64,000 bases of DNA from Candidatus Daviesbacteria bacterium RIFCSPHIGHO2_12_FULL_37_16 (GTDB lineage: Bacteria; Patescibacteriota; Microgenomatia; Daviesbacterales; UBA10151): positions 18,443 to 82,442 of the forward strand of contig MFDF01000008.1 in the NCBI GenBank assembly GCA_001776785.1, written 5' to 3'. Positions 46,900 through 56,676 of this stretch are shown here, piece by piece (position 1 is the first letter of the stretch; each line of letters begins with the position of its first letter). A program made the position numbers and the translations under genes. The notes below the pieces were generated by a model, which saw only the letters and a list, made by a program, of their open reading frames with translations, did no database searches and was not told the origin of the DNA.

Positions 46900-48198
46900 T
46901 TAAAAAGAATCTATAAAGGTCAAAGCAGTTCCAGTTTTTCCAGCTCTGCCTGTCCTGCCAATCCTGTGGATATAATCATCATAAGTTTCAGGAAGCTCAT
47001 AATTTATAACATGGCTTACCCCATCAATATCCAGTCCTCTTGAGGCCACATCTGTTGCCAGCAAAATTTTAATTTCATTTCTTTTAAAGCTTTCCAAAAC
47101 CCTTTTTCTGTAACCCATATTTTTATTTCCATGCAAAGCTCCTGTTTTAAAACCTCTCTCATTTAACTGTCTGTCTAATTTTTCTACTCCATGTTTTGTC
47201 CTGCCAAAGATTAAAACTTTATCAAACCCATCTTTAATTAAAAGATCATGTAAGATATCTAATTTCTTTAGTGGGTTTGATACCCTGACAACATCCTGGG
47301 TTACATTCTCAGAAGTCTCCTGAAGTTTTACAGAAACAGTTACAGGGTCTTTCACAAAAGCCCTAAGTATTTCATTAACTTTGGGTGGGATTGTAGCAGA
47401 GAAAAATAAAGATTGTCTAATTGTTGGTAACTGGGAGATAAAAAAATTAATGTCATGGATAAAACCTATATCTACCATTAAATCAACTTCATCAAGTACA
47501 AAGATAGAAAAATCCTCAAGCATTAAAACATCCCTTTTAATTAAGTCCTTAAGCCTGCCTGGAGTCCCAACTACAACATGGGGGTTTCTTTTAATTTCAT
47601 GGATCTGCCTGTACATATTAGCTCCACCTATTACTAAACAGGAATAAATCTTCATATCCCTGACAAAGCTTTTTAACTCTTCATTAATCTGGATTGCCAG
47701 TTCCTTAGTGGGGGCAATAATTATTGCATTCTGATTTCTGAATTTGAAAATTTTATCAACTATAGGAATTAAAAATGCAGCAGTTTTACCTGTACCTGTT
47801 GAAGCCAAACCTATTAAATCTTTCCCTTCTAAAATAGGTTCAATTGCCTGATCCTGGATTGGGGTGGGGGTAGTGTAACCCTTGCCCTGGATATTAAATT
47901 TTAATGGGTTTGAAATAGAAAAATCAGAAAAACTTTTATGCTCAGTTTCAGTTTGCACAAAAGCATTTTCTGAAGCTTTCTTAATAAAAATATTTGGGTC
48001 TCTGGTAGAAATTGTTTTAATTTTTCTGGGGAAATTATTCCTTCCTCTGGAAAAATTACCATTACTAAAACTGCCTCTATTAAAAGACCTCATTGAATTT
48101 CTGTTTTTTGAATATTGTTTATACATAATTTTGTTTGGATCTTCTTTTCCGCCAAAGCTAAAAAGCTGCGGAACAAGAAGATAAATTTTAAATCCCAA
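46900..48198 (-). CDS. DEAD-box ATP-dependent RNA helicase with RG/RN-rich N-terminus
   Basis: Q-motif, GTGKT, PTKELA, DEVD (DEAD variant), SAT, HRIGRTGRAG. Confidence 0.9.
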   Translation of the reverse strand: MGFKIYLLVPQLFSFGGKEDPNKIMYKQYSKNRNSMRSFNRGSFSNGNFSRGRNNFPRKIKTISTRDPNIFIKKASENAFVQTETEHKSFSDFSISNPLKFNIQGKGYTTPTPIQDQAIEPILEGKDLIGLASTGTGKTAAFLIPIVDKIFKFRNQNAIIIAPTKELAIQINEELKSFVRDMKIYSCLVIGGANMYRQIHEIKRNPHVVVGTPGRLKDLIKRDVLMLEDFSIFVLDEVDLMVDIGFIHDINFFISQLPTIRQSLFFSATIPPKVNEILRAFVKDPVTVSVKLQETSENVTQDVVRVSNPLKKLDILHDLLIKDGFDKVLIFGRTKHGVEKLDRQLNERGFKTGALHGNKNMGYRKRVLESFKRNEIKILLATDVASRGLDIDGVSHVINYELPETYDDYIHRIGRTGRAGKTGTALTFIDSF

Positions 48199-48381
48199 AA
48201 AACGGGATAAATTGAAAAAGAAAAACTAAAAAATGTGGATTGCTCCAAAAAACTTTAGGGAGCTAAAAAAAGAATTAACCCGAAGGTAAAAATATCTGAA
48301 TAGCTCAGATTCTAAATCAACTAAAAAGTAGTATAACACAACTGAATACAATAAGCAAACTCTATGGGATATAGACCTGAT

Positions 48382-49449
48382 TTACTCATAAAACCACATA
48401 TATTCAGGGTTTTCTACTTCTTTAATCTCAGGATCCCAGAGAAGCCACTTTCCGTCAATATTTCTTATCTCCCAAACTCCCTCAAAAAACTTGGTTTTAA
48501 TTTCATCTTCCACTAAATCTTTTGTGGAAAGTTTAACTTTAATATACCCTTCTTTATCGCCATTTTTAATGGAAATTACTGAGGTATCAAGATTGGATTC
48601 ATAGCCCTTTTTCCAGTTTTCAAATTTAAAATCCCCTTTATAATTATCAGATAAGAGTTCAAAAGCTTCTTCCATTTTTCTGATCTTTATATAGTTATAA
48701 AAAGCAGTTACAGCTTCCAGAGACCCCTTTTCAGGCTCAAAAGTGATAACTCTTACATCTTTTAAGGAGTCTTTGGATGTTGCCATATCTAGCCATTTTT
48801 GTTTGATAGACTCAGAAGTGATAGCCAGCCCCAGGCCTCCTGTGCCCGCAGTGTTTATTCCCATAACCTCTCCACAGATATTGATCATTGGCCCTCCTGA
48901 AACCCCTGGATTAAGTGTGGCATCAGTCTGGATATAATCTAAATTTGTATCTTTTTCATGCCTTCTTCCTGCAAGAGAACCTTTATTGACTGTAGATTCT
49001 CCAACTAAGCCTCCTCCAAAAGGGAATCCAATAGCTAAAAGTTCATCTGCAGGATTAAGTTTCTTACTATCACCCCATTTAACTTCAGGCAGTTTTCCAT
49101 TTATTTCCAAAAGTGCCAGGTCTGCATTTTTATCTCCCATTAAAACTTGGGCAGTTGCAAATTTATTATCAGGCATAATAATTTTGGGGCTTGGTTCAAA
49201 TTCAATAACATGAAAGTTGGTTAAAACTACATTTTCTTTGACTGCAAAGCCTGAACCCTCAGAAAAACCTCCCACAACCCGAACAACAGATTTTCTGATA
49301 TTTTCAATAGAATCTTTTTCATTGCATAAAATTAAACTCTTACCACCAAGTTTATTTTCAATTAAATTTAATCTTTTGCTGAGTTCAAAGTTTTGGTAAA
49401 CAAGAAAAGCTAGTATAGCTAAAAGCAAAAAGGGAAGTATCTTTTTCAC
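48382..49449 (-). CDS. S1-family (trypsin/HtrA-like) serine protease with non-PDZ C-terminal domain
   Basis: TNFHV (His), D, GVSGGPM (Ser) triad motifs; C-terminal ~120 aa without PDZ signature. Confidence 0.75.
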   Translation of the reverse strand: MKKILPFLLLAILAFLVYQNFELSKRLNLIENKLGGKSLILCNEKDSIENIRKSVVRVVGGFSEGSGFAVKENVVLTNFHVIEFEPSPKIIMPDNKFATAQVLMGDKNADLALLEINGKLPEVKWGDSKKLNPADELLAIGFPFGGGLVGESTVNKGSLAGRRHEKDTNLDYIQTDATLNPGVSGGPMINICGEVMGINTAGTGGLGLAITSESIKQKWLDMATSKDSLKDVRVITFEPEKGSLEAVTAFYNYIKIRKMEEAFELLSDNYKGDFKFENWKKGYESNLDTSVISIKNGDKEGYIKVKLSTKDLVEDEIKTKFFEGVWEIRNIDGKWLLWDPEIKEVENPEYMWFYE

Positions 49450-49536
49450 ACAACTATAATATCTGATTATAGGCCAAAATCAACGGGGAAATGTCATTTA
49501 ATTTTAAGAGATTTTATGTTTTAATATAGCCAGAAA

Positions 49537-49827
49537 ATGAAAGTTATTTTAAGACCCCATTTAAAAATCCGTCTTAAGGAAAGAAAGATTCCGCAAAAGT
49601 ACCCAGAGATAATAGTCATAAGTCCTGAAAATAAATATTTGGATACTGAAACTAACCATCAAATTGTTGTAAAAAAGCTTGTATATAATGAAAAACTGAG
49701 GCCAATGGTGGTTTCCTATGATATAATAGATTCTACTATACAAATTATAACTATTCATCCAATAAGTGAACAGGAAATTCAAAATAAATTAAATAGAAAA
49801 AGGTGGATTAAAAATGAAGAAAACTAA
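49537..49827 (+). CDS. DUF4258-like small protein (putative toxin-like partner)
   Basis: Size, HLKIRLKERKIP N-terminus, 14-nt overlap with a DUF2283-like gene. Confidence 0.45.
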   Translation: MKVILRPHLKIRLKERKIPQKYPEIIVISPENKYLDTETNHQIVVKKLVYNEKLRPMVVSYDIIDSTIQIITIHPISEQEIQNKLNRKRWIKNEEN

Positions 49828-50056
49828 TCAAAAAATATACTACGATAAGAAAACTGATGTGCTTTGGTTTAATATTAAGGGCGGTTTAGAAGAAGAATAC
49901 AAAGAAGTAGCTCCTGGAGTAAATCTAGAGTTGGATAAAAATGGAGAACTTTTGGGGATAGAAGTACTTAATGCTTCCAAAACTTTAGGTTCTAAACTAG
50001 GACTTAAAAGTGTAAAAGCTATTCAGTCTGGTGCAGTAGCCCATTCAATCAAATAA
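49814..50056 (+). CDS. DUF2283-family small protein (putative antitoxin-like partner)
   Basis: YYDKKTDVLWFNI...GVNLELDKNGELLGIEVLNAS pattern. Confidence 0.55.
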   Translation: MKKTNQKIYYDKKTDVLWFNIKGGLEEEYKEVAPGVNLELDKNGELLGIEVLNASKTLGSKLGLKSVKAIQSGAVAHSIK

Positions 50057-50122
50057 CTAAAAAGCCCTTCAGATCTATCACTTCCTTTAGCCTCAAATTG
50101 AGAGTACAATAGCTGCAATAAT

Positions 50123-50827
50123 TTGCAGCATATGAAAATACAAGACGACGTATTATCCTACAGAGAGATGTGTGGCATTGAGGGAGTTCAAACCCTTCAA
50201 AGAGGAATGAATTTTAGATTAAATCCTAACTATTCTGTAATTTTAATGTCTCAAAGATCAAACGCACCATATCAAGATAAAATTCACGATGATGGAATAA
50301 CAATTGAATATGAGGGGCATGATGTCTCAAGACAAAGTTATCAACACAACCCAAAAGATGAAGATCAACCTTCTACACTACCTTCTGGGAAATTAACTCA
50401 AAACGGATTATTTATAAAAGCAGCAGAAGAATACAAAGCAAATAAAAGGGAAGGTGAACCAGTAAAAGTTTATGAAAAAATTATGGACGGGGTTTGGTCA
50501 TTGAAAGGGATATTTGAACTTGCAGATTACAAAATAGTTCATGATGGCAAAAGAAATGTCTTTAGATTTATTTTAAATCTTACAAACGAATCAATAATAG
50601 GCGAAACTAAAACAATTGAAATATCTCATACAAGATTAATCCCAACAGAAGTTAAAAAAGAAGTTTGGAAAAGAGATAAAGGCCAATGTGTTTTATGTAG
50701 TGATACCAAAAACCTACATTTTGATCATGATTTACCCTATTCAAAGGGAGGAACAAGCTTAAGTGTTAAAAATGTTAGACTTCTTTGTATGAAACACAAC
50801 CTCCAAAAATCAGGAAAAATTGAATGA
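50123..50827 (+). CDS. SRA(YDG)-like domain fused to HNH nuclease; candidate type IV modification-dependent restriction endonuclease
   Basis: N-domain YSVILMSQRSNAPYQDKIHDDGITIEYEGHD resembles the SRA core (SIVLSGGYEDDEDHGD.LIYTGQGG); C-terminal CVLCSDTKNLHFDHDLPYSKGG...NVRLLCMKHN HNH motif. Confidence 0.5.
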   Translation: MQHMKIQDDVLSYREMCGIEGVQTLQRGMNFRLNPNYSVILMSQRSNAPYQDKIHDDGITIEYEGHDVSRQSYQHNPKDEDQPSTLPSGKLTQNGLFIKAAEEYKANKREGEPVKVYEKIMDGVWSLKGIFELADYKIVHDGKRNVFRFILNLTNESIIGETKTIEISHTRLIPTEVKKEVWKRDKGQCVLCSDTKNLHFDHDLPYSKGGTSLSVKNVRLLCMKHNLQKSGKIE

Positions 50828-50834
50828 ATAAATT

Positions 50835-51116
50835 GTGAAAATATCTGTTTCTGCTAAACCTAAGAGTAAAAAGGAGTTTATTAAAAAGCTCAAAGATTTT
50901 TCTTATTCTGTTGCTGTAAAAGAAGAAGCAAAGGAGGGAAGGGCTAATGAGGCTGTTATTAAAGCTCTCTCAGAATATTTTAATATTCCCAAATCTGAAA
51001 TTAAAATTGTTACAGGACTTTCATTTAAACAAAAAATCATAGAACTTCCTTTAACTGAAAAAGAAATAAAAGAAATTGAAGATTCAAAAATATTGCAGCC
51101 TAGACTAATTCCCTAA
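50835..51116 (+). CDS. DUF167 (YggU-like) protein
   Basis: ISVSAKPKSKKEFI...VAVKEEAKEGRANEAVIKALSEYF...IKIVTGLSFKQK. Confidence 0.7.
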   Translation: MKISVSAKPKSKKEFIKKLKDFSYSVAVKEEAKEGRANEAVIKALSEYFNIPKSEIKIVTGLSFKQKIIELPLTEKEIKEIEDSKILQPRLIP

Positions 51117-51788
51117 GGATTTTAAGCAGGCTGCTTTGGCTGAGGCATCTGTGATCTGATCACAGATTGATGCATCTAGCTTTGGCATAGGACCTGTTCC
51201 AGTTCCCTGAACCTTTTTTAAAAGCTCTGACATATCTGTGAAAGTCACATTTGTAGGTACTGTAAATTTAGAATTGTCCACACTCCAGTTTTTGCAGTTC
51301 ATATCAACTTCTTTGTTTAAATCAGCACTTTGGGGCGCTCCTGCAGGAGCAGAAGGAATTGGCTGGTTAGGATCTATTGTAATTTTTGTCCCCTGGTTTG
51401 AAGCATCAGTCCAGACATAAGCTGTATTATTCTCATTTATCATATGGCTCATCAGCTCTTTATTATCAACTTTGGTTGTAAAATCCCCTCTGACTTTAGT
51501 CCCTGCAACATAAACTGTCCCAGAACCTGACCCTTCTGGATAAGATATAGAACAAGTCACATTTTTACCCTGTTTTAATAAACTCTGGATTGTCCCTTTA
51601 TTTGCTGAAGACTCAGGAAGTTGTTGTTCTTCTTGTTGTGTCACAGTCTGCTGAGTCTGACTTTCACCTCTATTTAGCTGCAATAAAGCCACTACCCCAA
51701 TGACTGCTAAAACTACTACTATAGCTGTAACTATTGCTGTCTGCCTGTTCATTAGCCACAAGTATACCCTATATTTTTCTAAAAGCAA
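51105..51788 (-). CDS. hypothetical membrane-anchored secreted protein
   Basis: TM anchor, Q-rich linker, Cys-containing domain. Confidence 0.35.
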   Translation of the reverse strand: MLLEKYRVYLWLMNRQTAIVTAIVVVLAVIGVVALLQLNRGESQTQQTVTQQEEQQLPESSANKGTIQSLLKQGKNVTCSISYPEGSGSGTVYVAGTKVRGDFTTKVDNKELMSHMINENNTAYVWTDASNQGTKITIDPNQPIPSAPAGAPQSADLNKEVDMNCKNWSVDNSKFTVPTNVTFTDMSELLKKVQGTGTGPMPKLDASICDQITDASAKAACLKSLGN

Positions 51789-51829
51789 GAATTACCTAAA
51801 AGTAGTTTACTTATCCTTAAATTTCTGCA

Positions 51830-52069
51830 ATGATGGAAAAAGGATCTATCCCAAAAAAGGGGGTGAGATGTATGAAAATGCTTGGCACACTGGCAATGAT
51901 TTTGGTGGTAGTAGGTGCTCTAAATTGGGGCATGGTAGGACTATTAAATCTCAATTTAGTAACTGCACTTTTTGGTGAGGGATCAACTCTTACTATGGTT
52001 GTCTATTCACTGGTTGGATTATCTGGACTTTATGTTGCAGCAACTGTACTGCCCAAACAGATGCAGTAG
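51830..52069 (+). CDS. DUF378-family small membrane protein (likely start at the MKMLGTL Met)
   Basis: VGALNWGMVGL...VVYSLVGLSGLY signature. Confidence 0.65.
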   Translation: MMEKGSIPKKGVRCMKMLGTLAMILVVVGALNWGMVGLLNLNLVTALFGEGSTLTMVVYSLVGLSGLYVAATVLPKQMQ

Positions 52070-52136
52070 TAATTATTTGTTAGGCTGCCCAAAACTTTTT
52101 GGACAGCCAATAGAGATAATTAAAACCCAGCCTGAA

Positions 52137-52397
52137 CTATCCCTCTTTCTCAACAGCAATTGTGCACTCAGAAACTAAAGCAATTATTGTCCCAATTGCT
52201 GCCAGTGGGGGAAGCACAACTGCACCTATTACCCCAACTGTCAGGGGAAACTCAGCAATGACTTTTCCCTCTTTACTTTTTATGGTTATCTTTCTGATAT
52301 TACCCTCTTGGACTAACTCCCTTAACTTTTTTAAAATATCCTCACCAGAAACTTTAAACTCTTCTGTCCTTGTTTTCTTTTTAGCCATACTATTCAC
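52137..52397 (-). CDS. DUF4342-family protein
   Basis: EEFKVSGEDILKKLRELVQEGNIRKITIKSKEGKVIAEFPLTVGVIGAVVLPPLAAIGTIIALVSECTI. Confidence 0.6.
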   Translation of the reverse strand: MNSMAKKKTRTEEFKVSGEDILKKLRELVQEGNIRKITIKSKEGKVIAEFPLTVGVIGAVVLPPLAAIGTIIALVSECTIAVEKEG

Positions 52398-52809
52398 CTC
52401 CTACCTTCTCTCTAATTGTTGAATGGTCTGGATATTCACTTTCAGTTGGGTAATGGATGTCTTTAAACTTTTCAATCTCTTCAAAAATCCTCTCAAACCC
52501 TAAATTGATACATTCATCAATAGTCCTGCCCTTAAAATGGACATAAAGCCTGTTTTTATCAAGCCTGAAAGTAATTGAACCCTCATAAAAAGCCAATGAA
52601 GGCTTTTTATCTGAATAAGTTTTATGGGAGTGGGGATGGGTCCTTTGGGGATGATACTTATCAGTATTTCTTTTTAGTGTTAACCTGAAAACAATTAAAT
52701 CACTCTCAACATGAGGCAGGGCCTTAACAATCTTTTCTAAATTTGCCTGGATATGTTTGTGGTTATCTTCTGAAAGTTCACAATTTTTGCAAGTTATCTT
52801 AAGAATCAT
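52390..52809 (-). CDS. HPF/RaiA-like ribosome hibernation factor with an inserted His/Pro-rich loop
   Basis: ILKITCKNCELSEDNHKHIQANLEKIVK ... SDLIVFRLTLKRN pattern of the YfiA/HPF fold. Confidence 0.45.
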   Translation of the reverse strand: MILKITCKNCELSEDNHKHIQANLEKIVKALPHVESDLIVFRLTLKRNTDKYHPQRTHPHSHKTYSDKKPSLAFYEGSITFRLDKNRLYVHFKGRTIDECINLGFERIFEEIEKFKDIHYPTESEYPDHSTIREKVGGE

Positions 52810-53503
52810 ATTCTCTAAATCCCTCCTTAAAGTTATGGCTTAAATATTTTTTAAACCAATCTGATGCATGCTCTGCAGCTTTTTCCAAAGTACCTGTTTC
52901 TTCAAAAAGATGGGTTGCATTTGGGATAATCTCCAGCTTCTTGGTAGTAATTATAGCCTGGTAAGCCTGCCTGTTTAGGTCCAGCACCTCTGGGTCTTCT
53001 TCCCCAACAATGAGCAAAGTGGGGGATTTAACCTTAGCTAATTCATCCATTGCCAGATCAGGCCTGCCTCCTCTTGAAACTACTGCCCTAATGTCTGACC
53101 CAACCCTGGCTGCAGCATTCAGTGCAGCTGCAGCACCTGTTGATGCTCCAAAATACCCAAGCTTCAACCCCTTTAAATGGGGCTGCTTTCTAATCCAGCT
53201 GGTTGCTTTTATTAGCCTTTCAGTCAGGAGTTCAATCTCAAACCTCATAGCATAATCTAAATCCTCCTCTTCAGTTAAAAGGTCAAAAAGCAGAGTTGCC
53301 ACCCTTGAGCGCCTTAAAACTTCTGCCACAAAATTATTCCTGGGACTATGCCTGCCGCTGCCGCTCCCATGGGCAAACAAAACTATCCCTCTTGGGTTGT
53401 GGGGAATCCTTAAAACCCCTTCCACAGACACCCCATTAACAGGAATAGTGACTGTGCTCCTTACATCTTTATTATCTTTTGGCACATCTAAATTTTTAAC
53501 CAT
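52799..53503 (-). CDS. dienelactone-hydrolase-family alpha/beta hydrolase
   Basis: FAHGSGSGRHSPRN...GYFGASTGAAAAL nucleophile region. Confidence 0.65.
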   Translation of the reverse strand: MVKNLDVPKDNKDVRSTVTIPVNGVSVEGVLRIPHNPRGIVLFAHGSGSGRHSPRNNFVAEVLRRSRVATLLFDLLTEEEDLDYAMRFEIELLTERLIKATSWIRKQPHLKGLKLGYFGASTGAAAALNAAARVGSDIRAVVSRGGRPDLAMDELAKVKSPTLLIVGEEDPEVLDLNRQAYQAIITTKKLEIIPNATHLFEETGTLEKAAEHASDWFKKYLSHNFKEGFREYDS

Positions 53504-53511
53504 ATGTCTCC

Positions 53512-54477
53512 TTACAAAAGCGGCTCTTCAGGTTCTGCTATTTCCACCTTTTTTGCCTCTCTGTAAACCCTTTTTATCTCCTTCCTGATTTTTTTAAGAT
53601 GATGGGAATATTCTATAAGCAATGGTCCAACAGAGATAACCTCTATTTCCTTTAAATTTAAGGAATAGACTGTTGGTATAGAATCTGTGCAGTAAATTTT
53701 TTTAACATTTAAGTTAAAAAGCTGCTTCCAACTGCTTCCACTAAATTGCCCATGGGTAACAAATATATAGATATTCTTAGCTCCTGCAGATTTTAAAACC
53801 CTTGAGCACTCAACAAGTGTCCCCCCTGTATCTAAAATATCATCAATAACCACCACATTCTTGCTAACTTGGCCATACAAAATTGAACTTATACCCCCGG
53901 GGGTCCTTTCTTTCTTCATAAAAGCAATTTCAACTTCTCCTCCATACTCCTCAATTACTTTACGGGTCCTTTCCATGGCCCCCTCATCAGGTGCAACAAA
54001 GGTTGGGTTTTTAAGCTTAAGCTTCTTAATTTCTTTAGCAAAAAGTTTTGCAGGGGACAGGTCATATATGGGAATTGAGAAGAGGCTCTCTGCTTTGTGG
54101 CTATGTAAATCTATGGTTATTATTTCACTAATATATGAACTTCTCATTAAGGCGCCAACGCATGCAGCAGCCAGGCTCTCGCCCTTTTTTTCTTTATCCT
54201 GCCTGGCATATGCAAGATAGGGGAGTATCACGCTTACTTTTGATGCGCCCTCTTTTTTTAGTGTATGGGCAAGCAGCAGAAATGCTAGAAGCTGTTCATC
54301 AGGGGGCGCAATTGTACCCAGTATCAGACAATCCTTATCCTCTACACTGGTATCTACTTTCACAAAAAGCTCCAGGTTGGGAAACCTTCCGGCGCTAAAA
54401 TCCCCCAGCCTGCTTTCTGGTAAATCCTTTAGGTATTTAACTAAATATTTATACTGCTTGAATGGGAATATGACCAT
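53512..54477 (-). CDS. prs: ribose-phosphate pyrophosphokinase
   Basis: DLHS, PRPP-binding VVIDDILDTGGTL. Confidence 0.9.
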   Translation of the reverse strand: MVIFPFKQYKYLVKYLKDLPESRLGDFSAGRFPNLELFVKVDTSVEDKDCLILGTIAPPDEQLLAFLLLAHTLKKEGASKVSVILPYLAYARQDKEKKGESLAAACVGALMRSSYISEIITIDLHSHKAESLFSIPIYDLSPAKLFAKEIKKLKLKNPTFVAPDEGAMERTRKVIEEYGGEVEIAFMKKERTPGGISSILYGQVSKNVVVIDDILDTGGTLVECSRVLKSAGAKNIYIFVTHGQFSGSSWKQLFNLNVKKIYCTDSIPTVYSLNLKEIEVISVGPLLIEYSHHLKKIRKEIKRVYREAKKVEIAEPEEPLL

Positions 54478-55111
54478 ACCCTTTAACCTTCTTCATGATT
54501 TTAACAACATCACTATCTTCAACTGTGGAAAAATCCCGGTAATATGCACCAATTGCACCCAAAAAATCTTCTTCTAAACTTACTGCTTTGACTTCTACTC
54601 CTTCTTTTTCAAGTTCTTCAGCTATGTCTACAGGTGCAACTGGTACTGCTACAATTATCTTTTTAGGGAAATAATGGAGTTTAAGCTCTGAGACTGCAGC
54701 TTTAACAGTGAAGCCTGTTGCTATCCCATCATCAACTAAAATTGCTACTTTCCCCCTGCATGGTATTGGTTTCCTGCCTGATAAATAAACTTCCCGCCTT
54801 CTGCGCGCTTCTAACTGTTGTTTGTAGCCCTCCTCTTTTAAATACTCCTCATCAATACCCAATACTTCATCCTTATTCAAAATAGAATGACCGTTTTCAG
54901 CAACAGCCCCAATTGCATACTCTGGAGAATATGGATGCCTAATTTTCCTGGTGATAATTAAATCAAGCGGAGCATTTAAGGCTTTGGCAACTTCTGCCCC
55001 CACTACAACACCTCCTCTTGGAAGTGCATAAACTACAACCTCCCCACCCCCATATTTTTTTAAAAGTTTTGCAAGTTTCTTCCCTGCCTCAACCCTGTCT
55101 CTAAAAATCAT
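54449..55111 (-). CDS. type I phosphoribosyltransferase-domain protein (COG1926-like)
   Basis: ILVDDGIATGFT PRPP motif. Confidence 0.7.
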   Translation of the reverse strand: MIFRDRVEAGKKLAKLLKKYGGGEVVVYALPRGGVVVGAEVAKALNAPLDLIITRKIRHPYSPEYAIGAVAENGHSILNKDEVLGIDEEYLKEEGYKQQLEARRRREVYLSGRKPIPCRGKVAILVDDGIATGFTVKAAVSELKLHYFPKKIIVAVPVAPVDIAEELEKEGVEVKAVSLEEDFLGAIGAYYRDFSTVEDSDVVKIMKKVKGYGHIPIQAV

Positions 55112-55129
55112 TTTCTCATCCTCATACCT

Positions 55130-55546
55130 TTAAACTGTCTTCACCTCAATCTTTTTAGGCTTTGATGGAGCAGTTTTTTTAAAAACTATATGCATCATAC
55201 CATCTTTGTAAGTAGCTTCTGGTGTAGTTTTTGGGTTGACATCGGTTGGGACTGACACCCTGTATGAGAAAGAACTTGTTGCTTTTCTGTAATATTTCTT
55301 CTCTTTTTCTTCTTCTTTAGCCTCCCCGCTGACATGGAGGATACCATTATCAAAGGTTACCTCAATCTTTTTGGGGTCAATTCCGGGTAGTGCAGCATCA
55401 ATGTAAAAATTCTTATTATCCTCAGAGACAGATAGCCCGCTTGGAATTGTGTCCAATCTTGTTTCCTCCAGCAAATCTTCCATTACAGAGGGCATTCTCA
55501 AAGTTGGAAATGTCCAGAAATTTCTTGGGATTAAACCATTTGGCAT
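55130..55546 (-). CDS. Hsp20/alpha-crystallin small heat-shock protein
   Basis: ACD core FYIDAALPGIDPKKIEVTFDNGILHVSGE...SFSYRVSVP. Confidence 0.85.
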   Translation of the reverse strand: MPNGLIPRNFWTFPTLRMPSVMEDLLEETRLDTIPSGLSVSEDNKNFYIDAALPGIDPKKIEVTFDNGILHVSGEAKEEEKEKKYYRKATSSFSYRVSVPTDVNPKTTPEATYKDGMMHIVFKKTAPSKPKKIEVKTV

Positions 55547-55579
55547 ATTTTTTCACCTCCTTTTCTGCAGCTTAAATTT

Positions 55580-55897
55580 TTATGCTGCCATATAGCCTCT
55601 CTGATGTCTTTCTGACTCCTGTTCCCTGTGGGCAAAGTTGTTATATAAAGCGACTGTGCCATAGGTAACTATCCAGGTTAAGACAGTTAGAGAGATAAAA
55701 CCCCAAACAAATGAACCAAAAGTCATTGCACTTGTAGCCCTGACTGCTTCTAAACTAAGGGTATGTACCCAAGCTTGAACAATTCCCACTATGAAATCAG
55801 GAACTATTAAACTTAAGGATGCACAAACAACATAAAGGATTACCACCGCAGTGGTCACTGCATTAGCTGCTGCTATTGGTCTTATCATTTTTCTCAC
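55580..55897 (-). CDS. hypothetical membrane protein
   Basis: 3 TM helices. Confidence 0.35.
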   Translation of the reverse strand: MRKMIRPIAAANAVTTAVVILYVVCASLSLIVPDFIVGIVQAWVHTLSLEAVRATSAMTFGSFVWGFISLTVLTWIVTYGTVALYNNFAHREQESERHQRGYMAA

Positions 55898-55969
55898 CCC
55901 CTCAACTGTATCCTTTTGTATTATCTCTCCTGGCTGTAAGTTTTTTCAGTGATTTGCATCAGAAAATTG

Positions 55970-55985
55970 TGTGATTTGAGTCACA
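55970..55985. promoter_or_regulatory. perfect Crp-type site TGTGA-tttgag-TCACA upstream of the crp/fnr gene
   Basis: Exact TGTGA-N6-TCACA ~38 nt upstream of the 56023 start. Confidence 0.6.
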
Positions 55986-56022
55986 CTGGTAAGACAAAAA
56001 GGATTAGAGTAAAATACTTCTG

Positions 56023-56676
56023 ATGGATTTGGATATCAAGCAAAAACTTGAAAATTTTTTCAAGCAGTATAAAAATCAAAAATATAGAAAAGGGGAAATT
56101 TTAGTCAGGGCGGATGATAATCCCTCTGGAGTATTTTATTTAATAAATGGGGTTGTCAGAAGATATTCAATTTCCCCGGCTGGTGAAGAACTGACCCTAA
56201 ACATTTACAGGCCGGTTTCTTTTTTCCCAATGGATTGGGCAATAAACCAAACCTCAAGCACTCATTATTATGAAGCTATGACTACTGCAGAAGTTTATAG
56301 GGCTCCAAGGGATGAAGTGTTGAAATTTATATCTGATAAACCAGATATTTTGCTGGATTTATTATCAAGGATTTACCATGGGCTGGATGGTTTTATGATG
56401 AGGATGGAGTACTTAATGGCTGGTAATGCCCAGGCCAGGTTGATTACAGAAGTTTTGATTTATGCCAGGCGTTTTGGAAAACCAAATGGTAAGGCTATTC
56501 TAATTGATCTAAAACTGACAGAGAAAGATTTAGCCTCACAATCCGGCATAGCCCGGGAGACTGTCAGCCGTGAATTACAAAAACTTAAGGGTAAAAATTT
56601 GATAAGTTTCAAAAGCAATCAATTAATTGTTAAGGATATAAAAAGACTGGAACAAGAGTTATTCGGCAGCCAGTGA
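56023..56676 (+). CDS. Crp/Fnr-family transcriptional regulator
   Basis: cNMP-binding beta-roll and C-terminal HTH ARETVSRELQKL. Confidence 0.85.
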   Translation: MDLDIKQKLENFFKQYKNQKYRKGEILVRADDNPSGVFYLINGVVRRYSISPAGEELTLNIYRPVSFFPMDWAINQTSSTHYYEAMTTAEVYRAPRDEVLKFISDKPDILLDLLSRIYHGLDGFMMRMEYLMAGNAQARLITEVLIYARRFGKPNGKAILIDLKLTEKDLASQSGIARETVSRELQKLKGKNLISFKSNQLIVKDIKRLEQELFGSQ

